Assembly (NCBI GenBank): GCA_963845755.1
Contig: CAWJTV010000003.1
Coordinates: 96,001 to 160,000 of the forward strand
DNA: 64,000 nucleotides
Reading direction: 5' to 3'
Origin: an uncultured Planctomycetota bacterium
GTDB taxonomy: Bacteria > Planctomycetota > Planctomycetia > Isosphaerales > Isosphaeraceae
The notes beneath the pieces were generated by a model that was given only the letters and a program-made list of their open reading frames with translations, ran no database searches and was not told where the DNA came from. Both the position numbers and the translations under genes were made by a program. Shown here in pieces: positions 1-9,685 of this stretch; the stretch's first letter is position 1, and each line of letters opens with the position of its first letter.

Positions 1-2081
1 ACGGCTTCATGAAGCTCGGCCATGAGCTTTGTCTTCACCGCTCGGTCCAGCTCGAGGTTACCCATTTTTCTCAAGGACTCACTCAGCGAAGAATCGAGCG
101 CGTGTTTCTCCGCAAGCAGGTCGCCGATGTTCGTCGAGGTCCCAATCGTGTCGTCCAAGGACTTCCCGACCACCGCCGCGGTGATCCGCTGCGAGATCGG
201 CGTGTCCTTGAGGTAGTGTTTGCCGTTCTCGCCACCGATGGCGACTACCTTGGTCTGAGAGATGCGACGTGTCTCAACCCCTTTGGAAAAACGGTAGGAC
301 CGGATGCGATGCGGCAGGAACAAGTGCTCGGTCGCGCCCGATTGCAACTCGACCCCACTGCTCTCAGTCAGGATGTTGAGGTCCCGCTTGACCTCTTCAT
401 CGCTTCGCGAGAGACCGACGAATGGCAAGCTGAAACCCCATCCACCTCCGTCGCGCTTGACGGTGATTCGGCCGCTTGTCTTGCTGCGGTTGTCGCCTTC
501 AACTCGACCTTTGGTCTGGACCTCTTCCTCCGCGCCCAGGTGTTCCTCGATCATCCGCTCGGCGTTCTCGCCATGTGCCCGTTTGAAGTCCTCCCAGGTC
601 ATCCAGTCGGCGGGCTGGAGAATGCCCATTTGCACGAGCATGTTGGTGGAGGTGAGCATCGGGAGGATCTCGACGCCGTCAATAACAACCGTTTCCTTGA
701 TCTCGCCGCTCACGTCCCGCGCGATCCGGTCAGCCGTGATCTGGTCGATCTTGGCACCTTTCTCACGTTGCTCACTGGTCAGCTCGTTAGAGACCTGGAG
801 CCCGATGTCTAGACCCGCGTCAACTCGCTGCATCCCCAGGACATACTTCTTATTGCTGGCGCGCCAGATGGGCTGGAGTGAGAGTTCGCCCTCGCGGTAC
901 GCCTCAAGAAAAGCCCTGAAGGCGTCCCGATCCTCGAAGGGAAACACGAACTCGATCACATCGCCCGAACGGCGGATCGTCTGCTGGTCGAACGCCAACA
1001 CGAGTTTCGTCTGGCTGTCGATTGCAGCGATGAAAAGATCGATCACTGGGGGGCGCTTCACGACAACCTCGAGACCCTGGAGATTGCGGGTCTGGCGCTC
1101 ATGGTCCAGGAAGACGCGGTTGGCCGCGAGCCAGTGTTGCTTGCACGCGTCCTTGAACTTGTCGGACCACCACCCCACTTTGACCGTCGCATAGATCTTC
1201 CCTTTCTTGGGTGAGACCTTCCACAGGATGTCAGGCATCCCCGGATCCGGGTGCGGGTTCGGGATCAACCAGAAGAAGGGGAAGGGATACACGACGACCT
1301 TGGACGGATCGACATTGTCGACAGTCGAGCGACCCATCGTGAAATCGACGTAGAAGACTGGTGTCGTGTCCGGTAAGGCGCGGATCGGCATGGACTCGCC
1401 CTCCTTGACGAAAGCGAAATCGGGCGCGTCGTCGATGACCTGGGCCTTTACGGAGAGCCCGGCGTTGGCCAACCGTGTCGGGCCAGGCCGGGGGTTGGTC
1501 GCCGTTGGAGAGGGAGTGGTCTGCACGGATGTCGGCGGCTTTGCGTCGGTCTTGGGGACCGAATCGGAGGGGGGCTGTTCCTGCATGTTGACGGCGGCGA
1601 ATGCCAGGAAGGCCCCGGCGAAGATCATCGCTGGGATGGTGACGGCGCGTCGTACCTGTCGGTTGTGGACCAGCATGGACAAGAAACTCCTCATCAAGTG
1701 GAAGGAACGACGGATCAGGGGAGGCTGTGAGGACGGGGCCGGGACGAGTTCACCTCTTGCACGTCCATTCGGGCTCTCGGGCCACACCGGGTGGTGTTTG
1801 CCTTTACTGCTACTGGGCTGGTTCGCCCGGCCAACGGGCACCAGGTCATTGGACTTCCCAGCGGGCGGGGTTGCGGGTTGGTAGCTGCCGTGGAGTGCGG
1901 GAACCGGATCGATGGCGCCCATCTCCAAGAGAAGCGCATCGAGCAGACGGATGTCCTCCACGAACAGCCGGCTCTGCTCGCAATCGGCCACCTCGGCGGC
2001 TACAGCATCTCGCTCGCCGGGCGGGAGGTCACCGAGCGCGAAGGCCGCGAGTGTCTGTTCATCGCGGATCGACATGGCCAT
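1..2081 (-). CDS. Putative anti-sigma factor: N-terminal zf-HC2-like segment, TM helix and large extracytoplasmic domain; runs off the left edge
   Basis: Manual translation from ATG 2081/2075 (MAMSIRDEQTLAAFALGDLPPGERDAVAAEVADCEQSR) appears open to position 1; hydrophobic AVTIPAMIFAGAFLAFAAV; overlaps the 3' end of the ECF sigma gene. Absent from the ORF track because it is truncated. Confidence 0.65.
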   Translation of the reverse strand, partial: MAMSIRDEQTLAAFALGDLPPGERDAVAAEVADCEQSRLFVEDIRLLDALLLEMGAIDPVPALHGSYQPATPPAGKSNDLVPVGRANQPSSSKGKHHPVWPESPNGRARGELVPAPSSQPPLIRRSFHLMRSFLSMLVHNRQVRRAVTIPAMIFAGAFLAFAAVNMQEQPPSDSVPKTDAKPPTSVQTTPSPTATNPRPGPTRLANAGLSVKAQVIDDAPDFAFVKEGESMPIRALPDTTPVFYVDFTMGRSTVDNVDPSKVVVYPFPFFWLIPNPHPDPGMPDILWKVSPKKGKIYATVKVGWWSDKFKDACKQHWLAANRVFLDHERQTRNLQGLEVVVKRPPVIDLFIAAIDSQTKLVLAFDQQTIRRSGDVIEFVFPFEDRDAFRAFLEAYREGELSLQPIWRASNKKYVLGMQRVDAGLDIGLQVSNELTSEQREKGAKIDQITADRIARDVSGEIKETVVIDGVEILPMLTSTNMLVQMGILQPADWMTWEDFKRAHGENAERMIEEHLGAEEEVQTKGRVEGDNRSKTSGRITVKRDGGGWGFSLPFVGLSRSDEEVKRDLNILTESSGVELQSGATEHLFLPHRIRSYRFSKGVETRRISQTKVVAIGGENGKHYLKDTPISQRITAAVVGKSLDDTIGTSTNIGDLLAEKHALDSSLSESLRKMGNLELDRAVKTKLMAELHEA

Positions 2082-2652
2082 CCCCCTTTCCGCGGCGAAC
2101 GGAATCGACCAGGCCGCACTTTTCAAAATCGGCTCGGACGACGCAGAAAAAACGGGACACGATCCGTCGAACTCGGGCTTCATCAACCCCGATCGCAGCA
2201 CTGATCTCGGGGTTCGTCAATCCGAGCGAACGCAACCGCAACACCTCGCGCATCGGCTCCGGAAGAGCGTCGATCATGCGATGAAGCCTGTCGATGTCTT
2301 CGCGGATGACGGCCTGATCGTGGACTGCGCGTCCTCGATCCACGAGCTTCTCCATCGTGTGGTCCCCGCACGCCTGGCGGTAACGATCCCGCCGAGAATG
2401 GTTCACGGATAGCTGCCGAACCACGTTGAGCAGCCAGTTGAGGAGATGACGGCCCGAGCCCTTCTTTCCGTGATCGTCAACGGTGGGAGCCTGGGATTCG
2501 TGGAGTCGGAGGAAGGCTTCCTGGGTGAGATCACTGGCGAGATGGCCATCACCATGCGCCACGCGCATGGCGTACCGCATGACCTCGGGAGCCAGATTCC
2601 GATACGCCGATTCGACCCACCCCAGGCCATCGGCGGAAGGATCTGCGTCCAT
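2059..2652 (-). CDS. ECF RNA polymerase sigma factor (sigma-70 family)
   Basis: Region 2 (ASDLTQEAFLRL...WLLNVVRQLSVNHSRR) and region 4 (LPEPMREVLRLRSLGLTNPEISAAIG). Confidence 0.85.
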   Translation of the reverse strand: MDADPSADGLGWVESAYRNLAPEVMRYAMRVAHGDGHLASDLTQEAFLRLHESQAPTVDDHGKKGSGRHLLNWLLNVVRQLSVNHSRRDRYRQACGDHTMEKLVDRGRAVHDQAVIREDIDRLHRMIDALPEPMREVLRLRSLGLTNPEISAAIGVDEARVRRIVSRFFCVVRADFEKCGLVDSVRRGKGDGHVDPR

Positions 2653-2901
2653 GTTTCACCTCAACAGGGGTTATTGCCGCTGTTGAGTATTACGCTCGAG
2701 CCGCCAGGTTGACCTCGGAAATCACCTTTTTTCCGATCGGCGCCGATCTGGAACTTTGCCATCTCGCCCAGAATATCTCATCTCTGTCCGAGGAAACGCC
2801 CGCTTGCATTCATGCAGGCCGGTCCCACGAAGGGGCTTATCACGTCCTCTGTGGCCGACCAAGCATCCTAGCATGGTTCGATGTGAAAGAGAAACGACCG
2901 A

Positions 2902-3174
2902 TCAATCGGGGATTCGGTCAATCAACTCGCCGTAGATATCCGGATTCTGCTGATTCCAGTTCTCGCCCAAATGTTCCCGGAGGACCACAAGCCCAAGCAG
3001 TTCCGGTCCCGAATAAGCGAGGAAGCTTTGTTCGCCCCTCCGGGCGCACCACAATGTCGATCCATCGTCTGCTTGTTCCAGCCAGAGGTCATATCCTTTG
3101 TTCCGAAGGACGATCAGGCTGGGATTATAGGTGTTCCCGGACGCGACAAGACTGGACCGCACGATCGTCTCCAT
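2902..3174 (-). CDS. Small hypothetical protein (possible immunity or partner protein)
   Basis: 90-aa ORF with GGAGAG-like RBS, starting 14 nt after the upstream ORF on the same strand. Confidence 0.65.
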   Translation of the reverse strand: METIVRSSLVASGNTYNPSLIVLRNKGYDLWLEQADDGSTLWCARRGEQSFLAYSGPELLGLVVLREHLGENWNQQNPDIYGELIDRIPD

Positions 3175-3188
3175 GAGTCACTCTCCGT

Positions 3189-3658
3189 TCAGTCGTTCAT
3201 GATTCTGAGGATCTCCGCTGGGATCTTCCCCTCGATCAAGATCTCGTGGTTCCTTCTCATTGCTGCGCGGACGTCAGCAGCTTGCTTCGCCAGTCTTCTG
3301 GGCCCGCTCATCATCGAATTGAAGACCTGATCGCGGTACCACATCTTGATCGTCCCTTGGGATTCCAAGGCCCTTAGTTTGGCCAGTTCCGCCTTACGGA
3401 TGAACCGGACGTCAGACGCCGAGGTGAACTTCCTGGCGATCTTCAACTCCGTCGTGAACGACGCGAATCGGCTCGTGAGTCTCGACTCCTTGCGCAGAAC
3501 GTGCTCGGCGAAGTCTTGGATGTCAGCCGAGTCACCTTCGGTCCCCCTTGCTTTGCCGACCGGACCACCGCGATAATTGTCGTCCGCGCAAAAAGATATC
3601 CCCCGGTGTCCCAACAACCAGTCGCGACCGGTCTCTGGATGTCCGTCGCCTCTGGCAT
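3189..3658 (-). CDS. Hypothetical protein with R-S-E ADP-ribosyltransferase-like motif order (apparent frameshift near 3590)
   Basis: Joining frames gives GYLF[R]ADDNYRGG...FAEHVLRK...SRFASFTT...NHEILIEGKIP. Confidence 0.45.
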
Positions 3659-3739
3659 GATTGAGGTTACCGTGTATCCCAATCCCTATGAGGTCGTCGA
3701 TCGAACCTCGAGTCGGCTGGCCTCTCCACTGCTCTTATG

Positions 3740-5372
3740 CTATCCGTTACGACCTCGTCCTTCCAGTTCATCGAGTTCCGCCAGCAGCCGATCGCCGACC
3801 TCGGGCCGCGCCATCCGCACGAACGCGATCTTACCGCGGAGCCAGGCGCGGAAATCCGGCCGGTTCTCGCGGTTCTGGCGGTCGAGTCCCTCGGTCCTCG
3901 CGCGGTGGAGGATCGCCCGGAGGCGGCGGACTTCCTCTCTGCGAACGCCGGGCCGATCGTTGACCACGAGGCCCGTTACCATCTGCGCGGTGCTCTGGCG
4001 CAAGACCCGTGTTTTTGCTTCGTTGACCGTGAACCCTTCGTCCTGCGCGATGTGACGTACCCGCGCCATCACATAGCCGACCCGATTTGCCAGAGCCTCA
4101 TCGCCCGAGAATGTGAGGTCGTCGGCATATCGGGTATACGCCAGCCCGAGCTTGGTGGCGAGTCCGGTCAGCCGGCGATCGAGCCGGCGCGCGACCTGGT
4201 TCGACAGGCCGGGACTGGTACATGCGCCCTGGGGCAATCCGCCGGGCCCGTGGCCACGTGATAGGTGGTGCCTTCGAGGATGACTGTCTTCCGCGGGCAC
4301 TCGGTACAAAGGAGCGCCAGGATCGTGGCCACGGCCGGCGAGTAACCCACGCGCTCGAAGACCTTGCGGACCCGGAGAAAGCCGATGCTGGGGAAAAAGC
4401 CTTCGAGGTCCAGGTTCACGACGACCGCGTGGCCGGCGTGCGGCTGGGCGTTGGTCAGGATGCTGCGGTCGGGCAAGAACCCATGGGCCACGGGCTCGGC
4501 CGGAAGCCGCGAGACGATCCGTTCGAAGATCCAGGCGCTGGGCCAGGGCGAGCGAGCGATGCGGCGCGCTGAGCATCCGGGTCCCGCCGCTCTTCTTGGG
4601 GATGGTGAAGTGGACGTAATGCGTCCGCGTGGCGACTTCCGCGTGGAAGGCGAGCCAGCGCAAGCGAGAAACGGTGAGTCCCAATGCGCGCGCGCAGCTC
4701 GGCCGGCGTGCTCATCACCGGGAGCCCGGCGCCGAGGAGATCCTCGTCGCGGCTGGTCCGTTCGCCGAGCCGGCCCGAGACGCCGCGGCCCAGGAAAACG
4801 ATATCGTTGGCCTTGCGCCAGGCGACGGCCTCGACGCGTTTCTGCTTGCGCTCGGCGGCCTCGGCCTTTTTCCGGGCCTTGATCCGCGCGCGCTCCTCCT
4901 TCTGGGCCTGCACGGCCGCCTCGCCAGTCAGGCCGGCCTGGTGCGCGATCGACGCCTCGGTCGGACGGACGCGGTCCATCTCGGCGCCGACGGAGTGGAT
5001 CTCGACCAGTTGCTCGGCGCGATCAAGCCCTGGGTGACCATCGCCCGGTCGATGAGCTGGGTGCGCGGATCGTCGGCCGGCGGGATCAAATCGCGGCGGC
5101 CGAACCAGGGATTCGTGAACAGGTTCCGACCTTTGGCGGCCTCCTGGATCGCCTCGCGGGTGATCGGCAGATAATCGGCCGCATCGAGGCCGATGGTGCG
5201 CACGATCTTCTTCGGCGCGGACGCGGTCGGGACCTCCGGTTCGAACTCCGGCATCGCGGGCGGAGGCCCGGCCCCGGCCGCCGGTTCGATTCGGGGTGGT
5301 GAGATCCGCGGCGCAGGGGGTGGGCGAACCGAAGAGCCACGCTCGAAGCCGCTCCCACAGGGTCATCTTCAT
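3740..5372 (-). CDS. Retron-type reverse transcriptase with long N-terminal extension (myxobacterial msDNA RT-like); several apparent frameshifts
   Basis: Across ORFs 4455-5384, 4928-5254, 4168-4491 and 3740-4684: IPKKSGGTRMLSAP, AHGF, retron region X NAQPH, DLEGFFPSI, LPQGACTSPGLSN, YTRYADDLTFS, region Y QMVTGLVVN. Confidence 0.92.
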
Positions 5373-5403
5373 CGCACGCTTCAATCCATAGAAGTCTTGT
5401 AGA

Positions 5404-5458
5404 GTGCTCTGTGAGCACCATCACGCCTCGAGACGCGAATTCGGTGCTCACAGAGCAC
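5404..5458. repeat. Perfect 16-bp inverted repeat between the SWIM and RT genes
   Basis: GTGCTCTGTGAGCACC (5404-5419) / GGTGCTCACAGAGCAC (5443-5458), 23-nt loop. Confidence 0.85.
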
Positions 5459-5470
5459 CTACGTAGGCCC

Positions 5471-7167
5471 TCATTTCCAGAGAGCCGCGTACCAGTCCGC
5501 GGCGGTCGAACGGTTCGAGACCGCGGCGTTGGCCGTATCCCGCAGGGCTTGCAGGTGCCGGCACGGGCCGCGGCGGAGTCCACCGGTGAAGTGGTACGAG
5601 CAAGAGCAGCGACCGCGCAGCATCCGGCCGTCGCCGTCCAGGAGCAGCGAGACCTCGGTCGTGTGCACACGGCCTTCGAGGACGCGGAGGCCGTTGGGCT
5701 GGGTCTCGTCGCGGCTGACCCTCACCGCCGATCCAGCGATCAGTTGCCGCGCTGCGACCGTCTCGGGATGCTCCGGACCGACCAGCTCGGCCGAGAGCGT
5801 CACGGGCATGATCTGCCGCCATCGGTAGAGGCCCGCGGGCAAATCGTGGATCACCTGGCCGAGCATCGCCAGCCGATTCAGGCCCACGGCCAGCGCCGGA
5901 GGCCGAGCATGGGTCAGCACCTGGAGCCGGTCGAACGACAGGGCCGGATCGGTGTGGAAGGCGCCGGCGATCGCCCTCATCGTGGCGGCATCAGGCTCGG
6001 CCGGCGGGGCGAGCTGATCGAGCGCCGCGGCCCCGGACCAGTCGTTGGCCGTCCAGCCGGAAAGGCCCAGGATCAACCGGAGCGGACCCATCTTGATCGT
6101 CCAGAAGCTCGGCAGGCCGCTGCCGAGCAGATAGATCTCCGCCGACTCCATCAGCGGCAGCAGGCGCCGAGGAGCTGGAGCCGGTCGCGGCCCCAGGTGC
6201 GGATGACCTCCGATCGCGGCCCGTGGTAAGGCGCATCGCCCAGACGGACCCGTTGACCCCACGGCTCGAGCACGGCCGAGGGCGGCCGGCCCGGTTCCAG
6301 TTCGAATCGGATGGCGCGCGGACTCTTCGCCGCGCGATGGCGTTTCAGATACGCGAGGATGTTGTAGAGCCCGCCGCGGCCGATCGGCACCCGGCGCATC
6401 GGCAGACTCATCGCGGCCTGGAGCTGCAAGAACCCGCGCAGCCAGCTCGACGGCAGATCGATCTTCTCCTCGCGATAACCGTCGCCTGGCCCGGACTGGA
6501 CCTCGAACCCGGAGGGGTCGACCAGGAACCGCGTCTCGCGATAGCTCCGCATCTGCTGGAAGTGCTCGTAGAGCGTCCAGGAGTAGTCAACATTGGTCGT
6601 GCCCATCGCGACGTTGTGCTCGCGCTCGAAAGCCCCGCGATCGACCGTCAGGCAGCCGTAGCTGCTCTCATCGGCCGAGAAGCATTCGAAGAAGAGGCAG
6701 TCGGGCGCAACCGTGATCACCGGGTCGCAGGGGACCAACAGACGCCAGAGCTCGGGATCGTGTTTCAACAGGTAGTTGGAATACTCGATCCGTTTCTTCC
6801 AGTAGGTGGAGCAGAGCCGCTTGTAGCGATTCGTGAGGTCGGCCATGTAGGACTCGGGCAGCTCGGCCATCGACTCGCGAATCGCGGCGCTGGCCTGCTG
6901 CGTGACCCGCTTGCGCAGCTCGGACTCCCGACGCTTCTGCTCGGCATTGTAGGCTTCCAACGCCGATCTGTCGCGCGGCTTGTACCGCAGGTCGCTGACC
7001 ACGACCTCGTGCAGCGCACCGACCGCCTCGCGGAAGCGCATCGGGTCGCGCAGCACGCCCTCGAAGCTGACGCGGTCGCGCCTCAGGTTCGGCGCCAGGG
7101 CGACGGCCAGGCCGGTCGGGCTCGAGGTCACCGCGCTGCGCCCGCGATAAGCCAGGTTTACGTTCAT
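5471..7167 (-). CDS. SWIM zinc-finger protein, retron-associated type (frameshift near 6175)
   Basis: ORFs 6151-7287 and 5471-6262; N-terminal DPVITVAPDCLFFECFSADESSYG; C-terminal CSC...GPCRHLQAL (CxC..CxH). Confidence 0.85.
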
Positions 7168-7229
7168 CGAGTCTGCCTCGGCCCGCGGGTTTCGTCGCTC
7201 GCTTCCGGCATCCGAACGATTCACCGTCA

Positions 7230-7484
7230 CCGATCCGGGGGAAGGCGGGCTACTTTCAACTTCGAGGCGTCGACCAAGGGCGTTCACCGAGGCCCCGCGA
7301 ATTCATGAAACGACGGGCGGCACGGGAACTCGTTGATCCAGCCCGGCCCACCCGTCGTTTCATGAATTCGCGGGGCCGACAAGAACAACGACCTTGGGGA
7401 AGCATTCTCCGGGTCAAGTCCGGCCACGGCGGATCGCCGCAGCATGGTGGTCTTGAAAGATAGCCCGACCGTCCTCCGGATCGG
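7230..7484 (-). ncRNA. Putative retron msr-msd ncRNA, unit A
   Basis: Terminal inverted arms CCGATCCGG..GGGCTACTTTCAA / TTGAAAGATAGCCC..CCGGATCGG; unpaired minus-strand G at 7452 just inside the arm; two small hairpins; perfect 27-bp stem 7291-7317/7351-7377. Confidence 0.75.
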
Positions 7485-7536
7485 ATCAGAAGTTCACTAA
7501 TCTTCGCACACGCGCAGGCCCGTTGCAACAGGGTTA

Positions 7537-7794
7537 CCGATCCGGGGGGTGGGCGGGCTGCTCTCGACTTCGAGGCGTCGACCAAGGGCGTTCACCGAAG
7601 GCCCCGCGACCGTCCGCGGACGCCGGGCGGACGGGGACCTCGTCGATTCAGCCCGGTCTCCCGGCGTCCGCGGACGGTCGCGGGGCCGGCAAGAACAACG
7701 GCCTTGGGGAAGCATTCTCCGGGTCAAGTCCGGCCACGGCGGAACGCCGCAGCATGGTGGTCTCGAGAGTCAGCCCGACCGCCCTCCGGATCGG
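7537..7794 (-). ncRNA. Putative retron msr-msd ncRNA, unit B
   Basis: Same scaffold as unit A; arms GGGCTGCTCTCGA / TCGAGAGTCAGCCC; minus-strand G at 7762; perfect 28-bp stem 7600-7627/7660-7687 with a different core sequence. Confidence 0.75.
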
Positions 7795-7818
7795 AAGTCC
7801 GGTCATGATCGCAGATGC

Positions 7819-9661
7819 TCAGGCCCATTGCAACTCGGGAAGCGACTTCTGGACGTGTGGGGCGGCCTCGGGTCGATTCTCGACCAGTCTCACGACCGCT
7901 GCCAGAGCCGCGCGGCGTTCGGGCAGTCGGAGCGAGCGCAAGGCCACGCCCAGCAGGGGCAACAAGAGCTCAGCCTCCTCGGGCCGGCGCGCGGGCGCTG
8001 GGCTACCTGCTCGACGACGCGCGGCTTGACCCGCCCGCCCCGCTGCACGTTCAAGAGCACCGAGGCCCACAGGAGCCGCAGCCGATCAGGATCCAGCGCA
8101 CGCGAGAGTTCGAGTGCCCCGTCCGCCTTCCCCAGCCGGAGTCTCTCATCAAGATCGGCCGCCAGCGCCAGGCGGACGTCGTCGTAAGGCGATTCCATCA
8201 AGCGTTGCCAGAGCGTGACATCGTCGTGCGCGCGGGGCTCGGCGCGGAACCAGTTCATCCCCTCGGCGCGGGCGTCGGTGTACCGGCTGTCGAGGAATTC
8301 GAGCACCCAGTCGGGATGGAACTCGGGCGACGCGGCGATTGCTGAGCGCAACCAGGCCAGGATCTCGATGCGGAGCGGCTCGGCCTGAGCTTCGAGGAGG
8401 ATGAACAGGCTGCGCCGATCGTCGTCGGAGGCGGGTGACCTGGCCTTCAGCCAGTTCAGTCCCAGCCGGGCCAGCGGCAAGGGACGGCATGCGGCCAGCC
8501 TCGCGGCGTCCGCGAGCGAGACGCGATCGGCAGGGACATGCTGGCCCATGATCTCGGCCAGTATCTCCAGGGATTCCGGACTCGCCGTCTCGGCCACGGC
8601 CAGCCAGCGCTCGGGGCTCGCCGTTCCCAGGTCGGGCGACGCGCAGCCAATCGGCCGCGAACGCGACGATCTCTTGATCGACATGGCCGAGCAGCCCGAT
8701 GCGGTCCTCGATGCCCACCGCCGCGCTCGCCGAGGTCAGGTCGCGCCTCAGCATCCTCAATGCCCATTGCCGCACCGGGCGAGACCGCGCACGGACCATC
8801 AGGTCGAAAAGTGCCCGCGCGGCCGATCGCCAGAGTTCCTCATAAATCGGCGCCGGCTCCAGCTCCGAAAGTGAGCGATCCTCCACCACGCGCCAGCCGC
8901 GGGGACGCGACTCCAGCACGGGGCTATGGTGGAACAACGCATGCACCAGGCCCCAGTTGTCGATGAACGCCAGGCCGCTGTCAACGTCGGCATCCTCATA
9001 GAGCCTCAGGGCTTCCGAGATCGCCGGGACATAGCGCTCGGGATACATCTTCCCCAGCTTCCGGAAATAGCGCCACGCCCGGCGCCTCAGATACTGTCGC
9101 GTGCGAAGCGAGAACATGCGGAACAGTGCGACCTTCTTGCGAAGGTTGCTCACCATGTCCCGGGGCATGGTGGTGCCGCCGGGGGTGATGATGTACGGCT
9201 CGGACCACGATCCGGTGACCTGGAATCGATTGGGACCCAACCCTCCCCCGATCCCAGGGATTCACCTGGTCGTATCCCTGGGACTTCCATTGACCGGCCA
9301 AACTCGCGGCTTCCTCCCAACTGTCACACTGCGCGGATTCGTAATGACGCCTGGTCCGCACGGCCCGACGGATCGAGCGATCGAAGGCGACGAGGAACCG
9401 GGCCATGACCGCGTCGTCGCCGGCGGCCTCGGCGTGCTTGAACAATCGCTTGACCAGCGCCTCGTGGCGGAACGCGTTGAGCGGCCGTTCCAGGTAGGCG
9501 AGCAGCAACCGGCGCGCATGCGCGGACGGGTTCGTATACCAACGCTCGGCGAAGGTGCCAAGCGCGTCGGCGTCGGCGATCGCTCGCAGCCGGTCGACGA
9601 ACTCGGGATCGCCCCGGTCGAGCATTTCCTGCAAGAGCAGCCAGTCGCCGCCGGTTGTCAT
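7819..9661 (-). CDS. Large alpha-helical (ARM/HEAT-like) protein, first gene of the retron locus; several apparent frameshifts
   Basis: Consecutive coding segments 8996-9661, 8149-9240, 7890-8684 and 7819-8070 with Leu/Ala/Arg/Trp-rich helical repeats (LMESPYDDVRLALA, FLDSRYTDARAEG). Confidence 0.65.
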
Positions 9662-9685
9662 GATGTTGCCTTCCAGTGACTCCGG

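Noticed and set aside
7168..7287. Extended start of the SWIM ORF at 7287
   Set aside because: The extension runs through the ncRNA unit; ATG 7167 with an upstream GAGG is more plausible.
7230..7794. CRISPR array or DGR template/variable repeat
   Set aside because: Only two ~256-nt structured units and no cas genes. Differences are compensatory rather than adenine-specific, and the RT has retron NAxxH/VTG motifs.
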